A stretch of 32,000 nucleotides of DNA from Candidatus Thorarchaeota archaeon (GTDB lineage Archaea > Asgardarchaeota > Heimdallarchaeia > Hodarchaeales > Hodarchaeaceae). Of this stretch, positions 18,253 through 26,346 are shown one piece after another. The stretch lies in NCBI GenBank assembly GCA_048882505.1, contig JBHLRO010000016.1, positions 1 through 32,000 on the forward strand, read 5' to 3'. The position numbers and the translations under genes are program-made. Numbering within the stretch: position 1 is the stretch's first letter; each line of letters starts with the position of its first letter. Below the pieces are notes generated by a model. The model was not told where the DNA came from and did not search any database. It worked only from the letters and a program-made list of their open reading frames with translations.

Positions 18253-21099
18253 TCATTCATTAAACCTTAAACCTCTAAGGATATCTTCTTTAGCCCAATG
18301 CAATAATGGAATTATAGTCATAACTAAATGACAAGCAAACATGAGTATTAGTAATACTATAGATCTGGTCATAGGACCTAGGGTGAAAATATTGTTATAC
18401 ATATTGAGTTCGGGAGACATGGATTCAATATAAACTCCCAACGTAAAAAGACCTGATATTAACCCAACACCAACACCAAATAGTTCAATCAACATGAAAT
18501 ATCCTATATTTAATTTCATGATTGATTTGATCGACATTCCCCGAGAGCGATTAATGGAAATTTTTTGTCTTTCTCTATGTAAGATTGAAACATAAAACCA
18601 AGAAATTCCAAAAGATCCTAGTATGATTGTGAAAAATATTAAAACGTTAAAAATCTCAGAAATTTTCCCTTCAAATGAGTTCTGGTGGTCAGTAAGAGCA
18701 TCTTCAAGTATCTCGATTTGTAAGAAGGGGAAGTTATTCTTGAGAATATGGAAAAATTCTTTCCTGTCCTGAATTGTCATATTTTGGTTTAATCGAATTA
18801 GAAATGCGGTTTCTAAGTCATTGATACTACTAGTTTGATTGTTAATATAATCAAAATCACTTATGATCTTCTGAAACCGAAATTGACTTTCTTTGAATCC
18901 AAGACCAGGTAAAACGTCATAGAATCCTTCGACTGAGAATCTTATCGTTTCTTGAGTAATACCAGTTGATAGGGAAATTTCTCGGACTTCACCAGTATTC
19001 CAATGGTATTTTTCAAGAAATTCAAGTGGAACAATAATATTATTATTGCTTACAAGATTAATGAGATCTCCTGATGTTTTCTTGATTGAATATGCAATAT
19101 CACCAAACTTAATTGTACCTAAGTAATCTGTCGGTGATTTTAATGCAATTATTATGATGGGAACTGTTCCAAGAGAACCTGCGAAGAAGGATCCATGTTT
19201 AAAAAGGAAAAGACAAGAATTATCAATACTTTGAGAATTAATGTCTATAAAATCTTGAAACGCATCTGTTTCAAATTGATAGTATAAACCTGTAAGACGA
19301 ATATCTGCACCTATGTCTCTAACGATATACTTTTCTGATAATTCCTCATTTGTTGTCGAAATAAATACTAATGCAATAGATGAAGTAGTTATTAGACTAA
19401 CTAAAAATGCTAGTCCCAATGTTTGTCTTCCTCGCCGCCAGAAATTTCTAAATAAATGAACAGTTAGATCATTTAGAAAGAAGGCAAAAAATGGAGAGAA
19501 TAATCTCTCAATTCTCCTCTGATAATGATAAATTAACCCAAGTAATCCTATACTCAGGAAAAATGGAATAAATAGAAAAAAAACTGATAGAATCTTTTGA
19601 AGATTCATAAGAAGTAAACTCCAAACTCCACCAATTTCAAATATCGTCAAGAAAGCTAATACAAATCGTGAAAACACTAATAATAGAGGAAGAAGAAAGA
19701 AAAAACGCCAATAAGGAAAAAATTTCATTGTTAGATGGCTTTGTTCAGTCTGCAATATTAAATCCTTTATTGGTGTTTCGATTACTGGATAGACCAGCCC
19801 TTGTCCAAATAGGCCAATCATAAGCCCAATTAAACAATTGGTACTTATTATAATTTGAAAATCATTATAAAAATTCGAAAGTAAGAGATAGAAATTGATA
19901 TGGATAATAAACTGATTGATGGCCAGGAATGAACCTATCACCAACAGATTCGCTATTAGTCCTCCTATAAAACCCTCTATCGCTCCTTCAATTAAATAAG
20001 TGGTCAGAATGGATCGATTCCCTAACCCACGCAGTTTTAACATCCCCAGAAGTGGTCTTTCATTTCGATATCTCTGATGAAGGAAAAGAAAATACAAAAA
20101 TAATAACAGAAACATCAAGGCAAGTCCAAATAGGAGGAATATAAATGAAAGATCTGAGATTTTTGAATGAATATTTGTAATTCTGGCTCCTAAGTCACTA
20201 GACCAAATGATTTCTGCATTTAATGGTTTTATGGACTCTACTTTTTTCCAAAGATCATTATTTAAATATACATAGCGATCAATGATGGTAGTTATATTTC
20301 TTCTGTCCACAAGATGAAAATGGTCAACAACCACTGAAATGATCCCGTTGTTAACAATGGTATTAATGGAGACGGTTTGAAAGCTGGTGATCATGAAGCT
20401 AATATAGGTGTCAAGCGCCAAGATTGCGAAATCAACAAATCCTGGGTTTTTTCCTGGCTGTGTAGCGGAAAGCTTTGTAATTTCTAAGAACGCATCATCA
20501 GAAGGGACTAAATTCCAAATATCTCTAATTGTTAATTTGTAAGATGTTTGGGAGGTACTATCATTTGGCGATTCATAATGAAGAAAAAGAGAGTCTCCGA
20601 TAGTTAAATTTAATCTGGTTGCAGTAGTGCTTGAAATTATCGTTTCATCTTTATCTAATCCAATCAATCTAGAATAATCTATAGTAACATCATTCAAATA
20701 GTTGAAATACTCATAATTCAAACCAGAAACACCGATCGGAAGAACGTTGAAACCTGATCTATCTAATATGGTATCCCTACTCAATAGGAAGAGGCCAGGA
20801 AAAACTTCTGGATTGGGAACTAATTTGACAAATACTTTCTCAACGTAAGAAGTAGTGGCAAGACCATTTACAATCTCGGTAATGTTAGTGATGGGGCTAT
20901 CTCTATTTATTATTCTTAAATTAAAATCAATTGATATGGAATCAAGATCATCTGAAACCATACTTAATTGAACAGTACTAATGCCGGTGGTTAAACCCAC
21001 TATAATTGATGAAATAAAAGCAACAAGCAATACAATCATGATTGTTATGCTTTGGCGCCTTTTCATTCTCAGAAAAGCCATTTGCAATCCAAAAAGCAT
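18253..21099 (-). CDS. FtsX/MacB-like ABC permease (two FtsX-like domains)
   Basis: Multiple TM segments; GMLKLRG and NRSRGMS FtsX-type motifs; RDIGADIRL linker; large extracytoplasmic domains. Confidence 0.85.
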   Translation of the reverse strand: MLFGLQMAFLRMKRRQSITIMIVLLVAFISSIIVGLTTGISTVQLSMVSDDLDSISIDFNLRIINRDSPITNITEIVNGLATTSYVEKVFVKLVPNPEVFPGLFLLSRDTILDRSGFNVLPIGVSGLNYEYFNYLNDVTIDYSRLIGLDKDETIISSTTATRLNLTIGDSLFLHYESPNDSTSQTSYKLTIRDIWNLVPSDDAFLEITKLSATQPGKNPGFVDFAILALDTYISFMITSFQTVSINTIVNNGIISVVVDHFHLVDRRNITTIIDRYVYLNNDLWKKVESIKPLNAEIIWSSDLGARITNIHSKISDLSFIFLLFGLALMFLLLFLYFLFLHQRYRNERPLLGMLKLRGLGNRSILTTYLIEGAIEGFIGGLIANLLVIGSFLAINQFIIHINFYLLLSNFYNDFQIIISTNCLIGLMIGLFGQGLVYPVIETPIKDLILQTEQSHLTMKFFPYWRFFFLLPLLLVFSRFVLAFLTIFEIGGVWSLLLMNLQKILSVFFLFIPFFLSIGLLGLIYHYQRRIERLFSPFFAFFLNDLTVHLFRNFWRRGRQTLGLAFLVSLITTSSIALVFISTTNEELSEKYIVRDIGADIRLTGLYYQFETDAFQDFIDINSQSIDNSCLFLFKHGSFFAGSLGTVPIIIIALKSPTDYLGTIKFGDIAYSIKKTSGDLINLVSNNNIIVPLEFLEKYHWNTGEVREISLSTGITQETIRFSVEGFYDVLPGLGFKESQFRFQKIISDFDYINNQTSSINDLETAFLIRLNQNMTIQDRKEFFHILKNNFPFLQIEILEDALTDHQNSFEGKISEIFNVLIFFTIILGSFGISWFYVSILHRERQKISINRSRGMSIKSIMKLNIGYFMLIELFGVGVGLISGLFTLGVYIESMSPELNMYNNIFTLGPMTRSIVLLILMFACHLVMTIIPLLHWAKEDILRGLRFNE

Positions 21100-21116
21100 G
21101 ATTTTCCCGTTTTTTG

Positions 21117-24080
21117 TTAATCTCTAATATGGAGGTAATCGATAATCCTAGATCTGGTGTTCCAATAGTTTTGTACAAAAATACTTATGAAGTAAGTCAC
21201 TGTAAGAATCAATAAGAAACCGCCAATCTTCGACCACGGAAAAAACAAGGTCACTGGAATTATAGGCCAAGGTCTAATAAGCACGTCTTTGTAAACAAAT
21301 GCAGATGTTAGACCAAGCAATATCCCGAAAAAAGCTCCTAGGCTGTTGATGGAGAGCATTTCCACAAGAAATATGTTACGTATATCTCTTAAACTCAATC
21401 CTCGTGCTCGATAAATTGCTACCTCCGTTCTTCTTTCATGATATGTTTGAAAAAATGTTAAACTCAGTCCAAATAATGCCAAAACAAGAATTATAAAGAA
21501 AAAGGAATCCATGAGTATAATGATACTCCCCGATGCTGTGAATAAGTATGAAGAGAGGGTCTTATCCAAGGAGATTACTTCAAAGTCTTTAAATTCAGCA
21601 GTAATACTGTGATACAAATCTGTACGGATTGTTTGATTTGCTTCGGGATTGATTTTGATGAACCATGTCATTTGAGAATCAGGAGGGATATCCATTACGG
21701 ATTCTATATATTCAATTGAAACAATAAGTGATTTCGGAGGGGTAAAATTTTGTTGAGTGAACCCTGGGATAAGGTAATAGAAACCTGCGACTGTATAGTT
21801 AATCAATAATGTCTCCCCATTTGTAGAATCCAACTGAACAGGTAAAACAGAACCAATATCATGGTGAATATAGTCACTTTGGTCTATTTCAAGATTAGTA
21901 AATTCAATTGGTGCTAATGCTGTTGGGCTCTCTGAACTTAATTGGACAAATAACCAATTTGGTTCGGCTTCAGGTATGAAATAATCTTCAAAGAATGTAC
22001 TTGCTACATAATTTTCGGGTTGAATTGCTACAATCCCCGCTGGGTAGATAAAAGCGTACCCACGGTAGGAGCCATTATTTTCATAAGAATAATCTGCAGC
22101 AATAATATCACCGTCAATCCAGATCATCGGTGTACTTTCTTCAATATAGGATGAAAGATTATAAAGCAATGAAGGAGTAATATTCTTCATCTGTTCATAA
22201 GTGCTGGATATTCTAATATCAGATCCAATATCTCTTTTTATCTCCCGAATTGAAACATCTTGAGCCGATTGGGACAACATTATAGGGGTAATACCCATTC
22301 CAAAGGCTAATGCGGTTATCAATGCTAATTTGGAAAAATGTTTTGGTCTTCTCAGATAATTGTACCTCATAATCTCTTTACCACTTTCATTAATAAAATA
22401 TGAAAAAATCTGCATATATTTAGAAAAAATCTTTCTATTTTTGGTGACAATCAAGGTTAATAATAAAACCAAAAGGATTGGGAGGAATAATAAAGCTGCT
22501 GACATAATGTCCTTTGTTACAATGATAAACCCACTAAAAATTCCAGAAATGTCAGTAAGATTAATGATTTCAAGAATAATGAAACTGAGCGAAATGAATA
22601 GAAGAGGAATAATGACAATAGAGAGACTCTTTTGTTGATCTTCATACCATTGCTCCATGTTCGAAGATTGCATCTGAACAGCATCAATAGGAGTAGTCTT
22701 GATGATTCTCCGTGAAATGAAATAATTTATCCCTACTCCCAAAAACAATCCCAAAAAAGTCGCATTTACAATAAAAGAAGGAAGTTGTGAGATATAAATT
22801 GTTACCCAGCGAAGAATGTCCATTTCATTGGGAATGACATTATACAAAGCTAGAACAAAGATCAAACACGTAACAACGCTGGCTAGGGAGGCTACTCCCG
22901 CAATTAATGTTCCTTCAATCAAAAAAGACAATCTAATTTCTCTCTTGCCCAATCCTCGACAAAGTAAAATTCCGTATTCCCTGATTTGGTGACTAATTAG
23001 GATAGAGCGTAGAAACAGTGTTATGAGGAAAACAAGGATAATGATTGGTACTGAAATAGCCAATAATGTGCTTTGTAGGTTTTTTATATCAGCTTGATTC
23101 TTATCTAATTCTTTTACCAATAGATTTTCTGCAAAAAATACCGTCCCAGTAGGTAAATTTTCCCTGAAATTCTGAATTATTTCCTTTTCGATGGAATTTA
23201 GTAGAAGAGGAGATTTTTTCTGATTATATTCCGTAATTATTTGATCTCGGTTAAAGAAAATTGAAATGATCAATCGACTTAATAATTCCTTAACATAAAC
23301 CCCAGGAAGAGACTCCATAATGTATACTAAGGTTTCTGACTCTAAAATCACGAGTTCGTCTAAAACACCCTCATAATTATTGATAAATGGATTTCTTAAG
23401 AGATCTTTAGCAATATTACTTTTTGATGGGATGTAAACAATGTTCTTGATAATGAGGGGAAATGATTTGTTAAATAATGATTGATCTAATGCCCATGAAA
23501 AAGGATGGTTTATATAGTGTAAATAAATTGTGTCATTTATTTTTACATTCAATTTTTGGGCCAAATAGTGAGAAATAATTGTCTCATTTGTCTTCAACTG
23601 AACAGGGTTTTCCTTCTCAAATCTGAGGCCTAATAAGTTTGAATACTCCAAGAAATTCTGACTATCATACCCTACAAGATCAAGACGTTCTCCACCTTGA
23701 AACCTAAAATCAGAAGTTAACACCTGACTTGTATTAACCGTTAAATGGTGAATCAGATTTCCAGTTCCCAAATACCCTTTTATATGATACTTTATAACCG
23801 TTTTATTTGTATAGGGAGATTTTTCTGCTTCAACCGATAGATTATACAAGTTAGGGCGAAATTCGTCATTTGGAAGAGAAACTCCGAGATTTAAATCTGT
23901 AAAAACATCATCAATATCACGAAGTAAGATAGAGGATTGTAAAAAAGTAGTTCCATATGCAGTTCCAAACATAAAGGTGATAGAAAACAACATTGTAAGA
24001 AACATACTTAGAGTGTTCGATTTATTTCTCGTCAAGCGGCCCAAGCTTAATTTTAAGGCTATAATTTCAGAATTGGGCAT
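21117..24080 (-). CDS. FtsX/MacB-like ABC permease (two FtsX-like domains)
   Basis: EYGILLCRG and EVAIYRARG motifs, RDIGSDIRI linker; paralogous to 18253-21099. Confidence 0.87.
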   Translation of the reverse strand: MPNSEIIALKLSLGRLTRNKSNTLSMFLTMLFSITFMFGTAYGTTFLQSSILLRDIDDVFTDLNLGVSLPNDEFRPNLYNLSVEAEKSPYTNKTVIKYHIKGYLGTGNLIHHLTVNTSQVLTSDFRFQGGERLDLVGYDSQNFLEYSNLLGLRFEKENPVQLKTNETIISHYLAQKLNVKINDTIYLHYINHPFSWALDQSLFNKSFPLIIKNIVYIPSKSNIAKDLLRNPFINNYEGVLDELVILESETLVYIMESLPGVYVKELLSRLIISIFFNRDQIITEYNQKKSPLLLNSIEKEIIQNFRENLPTGTVFFAENLLVKELDKNQADIKNLQSTLLAISVPIIILVFLITLFLRSILISHQIREYGILLCRGLGKREIRLSFLIEGTLIAGVASLASVVTCLIFVLALYNVIPNEMDILRWVTIYISQLPSFIVNATFLGLFLGVGINYFISRRIIKTTPIDAVQMQSSNMEQWYEDQQKSLSIVIIPLLFISLSFIILEIINLTDISGIFSGFIIVTKDIMSAALLFLPILLVLLLTLIVTKNRKIFSKYMQIFSYFINESGKEIMRYNYLRRPKHFSKLALITALAFGMGITPIMLSQSAQDVSIREIKRDIGSDIRISSTYEQMKNITPSLLYNLSSYIEESTPMIWIDGDIIAADYSYENNGSYRGYAFIYPAGIVAIQPENYVASTFFEDYFIPEAEPNWLFVQLSSESPTALAPIEFTNLEIDQSDYIHHDIGSVLPVQLDSTNGETLLINYTVAGFYYLIPGFTQQNFTPPKSLIVSIEYIESVMDIPPDSQMTWFIKINPEANQTIRTDLYHSITAEFKDFEVISLDKTLSSYLFTASGSIIILMDSFFFIILVLALFGLSLTFFQTYHERRTEVAIYRARGLSLRDIRNIFLVEMLSINSLGAFFGILLGLTSAFVYKDVLIRPWPIIPVTLFFPWSKIGGFLLILTVTYFISIFVQNYWNTRSRIIDYLHIRD

Positions 24081-24180
24081 TACTGATCCTCAAATTTAAG
24101 TAGTAATATATTATTCATACCTCAATTACATCAACCTAGTGTGGATTAAAACTATCTTTATCCTTTCTGGTACATTTGTT

Positions 24181-24194
24181 GTACAAATTTGTAC
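24181..24194. promoter_or_regulatory. Perfect 14-bp palindrome GTACAAATTTGTAC, candidate operator
   Basis: Self-complementary; about 100 bp upstream of the permease start at 24080; a third GTAC at 24170. Confidence 0.4.
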
Positions 24195-24622
24195 TAAATG
24201 ATGATGAGCTTGTAAGGCACAAAGCCCATTCATTGTTACAGATACACAAAGTGTCTTGAAAGAAACCACGCTTTTGAAATAGAAAAATAAAATTACCTAT
24301 TCAAAGTAACTTCGAATCTTATGTCGCGCCCGAGCTGAATCAAGAGGATTGATCTCACTATTGCAATAGTTACTAGCTCTGAAAGTTTTTCGTTTACTTT
24401 CTGACTAGTTTGACACTTATGCGTCAAGGTGAGATTCATATAGCCCAATGAATGATAAAGGATATTTTTTTCCGTTCTTCATGGTTTTTAGTAGATAATC
24501 TTAGTTTTGGATTGTGAATAATCGTCCAGCAATCCTCGCGTATGGCACGCAACCACAAATCACGATTGTTACGTCTTTGAAAAAAAACGGGTTTAGCTTA
24601 ATAACTTAGGTTAAATAACTCC

Positions 24623-25183
24623 TTAGATGACTATTGTAGAAGTTACAGTTGCGTATCTAGTACCTACTAAGTATATATACACTTTTATCTTCGAATTTAA
24701 TTCAACTGTAATTCCGCCCGAGCCAGAATAACTGACCCAATCATTAGGTGTATCATCACGAGTGCCGCTTACCAAATAAGGATTTGAAACGGAGCCTGTC
24801 CAATCAGAATACCAACCATAGGTTCTAGAGTTTAATCCTACACGAAGTGTGTAACGGTTCCGAACATAATTTAATGTATGAATCCAAGGGGGGAAAAATT
24901 GGGTATTTTGTGCCACCCAATTAAACTTAATTCTGGTGATACGAGCGCGTACAATATCAAAGTCACCACTATATTCAACTTCAACTTTAACATATGAAGA
25001 GTAATCAGTCCCATGGTAAATATAATTAACTCCATAACTTGCATGATTAGGTGGGATGTCTTTTGTGTAAATGTAATACCAGGCGTTAACCCGAGCTATT
25101 GATGGTAACAATACTAATGCAAACAGTAGGGCTGAAAATAAAAGTTTTCGGTGAGTTCTCAAATTTCCATTCATTTTGAACAT
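24623..25183 (-). CDS. Secreted beta-rich, aromatic-rich protein (signal peptide, predicted cleavage VNA|W)
   Basis: Basic n-region (RTHRK), hydrophobic h-region, AxA-like site; AGGAGGT RBS upstream. Confidence 0.8.
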   Translation of the reverse strand: MFKMNGNLRTHRKLLFSALLFALVLLPSIARVNAWYYIYTKDIPPNHASYGVNYIYHGTDYSSYVKVEVEYSGDFDIVRARITRIKFNWVAQNTQFFPPWIHTLNYVRNRYTLRVGLNSRTYGWYSDWTGSVSNPYLVSGTRDDTPNDWVSYSGSGGITVELNSKIKVYIYLVGTRYATVTSTIVI

Positions 25184-25365
25184 AAACCTCCTTACTTTGC
25201 CTGTTCTTATAGCAAGTAAGAGGTTTTTCTTTTTTTAAGGATTTATGAACATCCTGTGATCATTAGGTGAACATAAAGTGAACAAAAGTGAAAATCAAAA
25301 ATAAAATAAACTCTGCTGATTGAAACAAGACTATTACAAGATTTATGAAGTAAGTACCATCTTGA

Positions 25366-25689
25366 TCATAGCAATCCTCTTTCATATGCTTTACATTTTA
25401 CTAATGGGGTTAATTGTGTTACATCTGGGAAAAGTGAGTAGAGTTTTCCCACCTGGTGATCCGTATTTAGACATGTAATGATTTGTTGTGTTTTTAGTGC
25501 CTTTAATGTCCTACAAATAGATGTTAAATGGATTGATTTCCCCTTAGCAAGATCAATTTGAACATCTCGAGCTGTTTTAATACCTTCAGACAATGAGATG
25601 AATACTTTAATGCGATTTACCCCACCTAAGATGAATGCTAATTTCTTGAGGAGTTTCTCATCTTTGATGAATGTACAATTCACCCACAT
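25366..25689 (-). CDS. Winged-helix (ArsR/MarR-like) transcriptional regulator
   Basis: NRIKVFISL...KTARDV...SICRTLKALKTQQII...GKLYSL wHTH pattern. Start is ATG 25689 or GTG 25683 after GGTGA. Confidence 0.8.
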   Translation of the reverse strand: MWVNCTFIKDEKLLKKLAFILGGVNRIKVFISLSEGIKTARDVQIDLAKGKSIHLTSICRTLKALKTQQIITCLNTDHQVGKLYSLFPDVTQLTPLVKCKAYERGLL

Positions 25690-25721
25690 TCACCTGTGTC
25701 AATTTTACCTACAGGATTTAC

Positions 25722-25737
25722 AATCCAAAATTGGATT
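25722..25737. promoter_or_regulatory. Inverted repeat AATCCAA-AA-TTGGATT, candidate autoregulatory operator
   Basis: Perfect 7-2-7 repeat 33-48 bp upstream of the wHTH gene. Confidence 0.45.
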
Positions 25738-25925
25738 CGATGATCAAATCGGCACAGCTCGTGAACTGGCGCCATAGTTTGCTCTTTCTTGTGTTACTCT
25801 TTTGGAATGTATTTCAAATACCAGTTTCCCAGGAGTGATGATGCCTGTCACTTGAATGGCTAGATTTCTTTTATTCATTCACTCTATAACTTACCGTTTA
25901 AGGGAGTAAACTAGCTAGAAACCAG

Positions 25926-26021
25926 AGGTTCGCAGAACCTGCCTACATTGAGAATTCTGCTGCGAGTGTGAATACATCGCTTGCCGGAAGTACGAAAAGC
26001 GAGTTTCTTGCTTGATTTTTT
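25926..26021 (+). ncRNA. Candidate structured small RNA (three hairpins followed by a T6 run)
   Basis: AGGTTC-GCA-GAACCT; GCGA(G)TGT-GAAT-ACATCGC; AAGCGAG-TTT-CTTGCTT; then TTTTTT. Confidence 0.3.
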
Positions 26022-26346
26022 CGAAATATGATTATTATAAATTGGGTTCTCATTTTCACTCTTCCTACCTTTCCCTTGGGTGACATATCCCTTTTCCCTC
26101 TAGTTAACAGTTTAAATAGTGTGTAAGAGAATTTTTTTCATAATATTTAATTATCTTTGGAACCATTTCTTAACCATATTATTGGGAAAAAGTGTAAAGA
26201 AGTATTCCCTCTAATTTAAAAAGGGATATTGGATGAATTAACTCTCTAGTGATGACTAATGACTAATGCACAAGGACTATTTCTGAGTTCTATTACTTTT
26301 CCAAAAGATAGATGTAAAACAGGATTCAGTAGCAACTAATTCACGA

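Noticed and set aside
24305-24340. Degenerate tRNA 3' end (TTCGAAT...CGCGCCC) and the 10-mer CGAGCTGAAT shared with 10770-10779 as att or direct repeats
   Set aside because: The T-stem lacks the G53-C61 pair. Many chance 10-mer matches are expected in 32 kb, and joining the two sites does not rebuild a tRNA.
26085-26229. 11-bp inverted repeat ATATCCCTTTT / AAAAGGGATAT as element TIRs
   Set aside because: Both copies lie on the same side of cas1, about 120 bp apart, in low-complexity AT-rich DNA; they cannot bracket the element.
25690-26346. CRISPR array next to the cas1-like gene
   Set aside because: No regularly spaced 25-40 bp direct repeats here or in other intergenic gaps. ATTTACAATCC (25717) and ATTTCAAATACC (25811) are not copies of one repeat.
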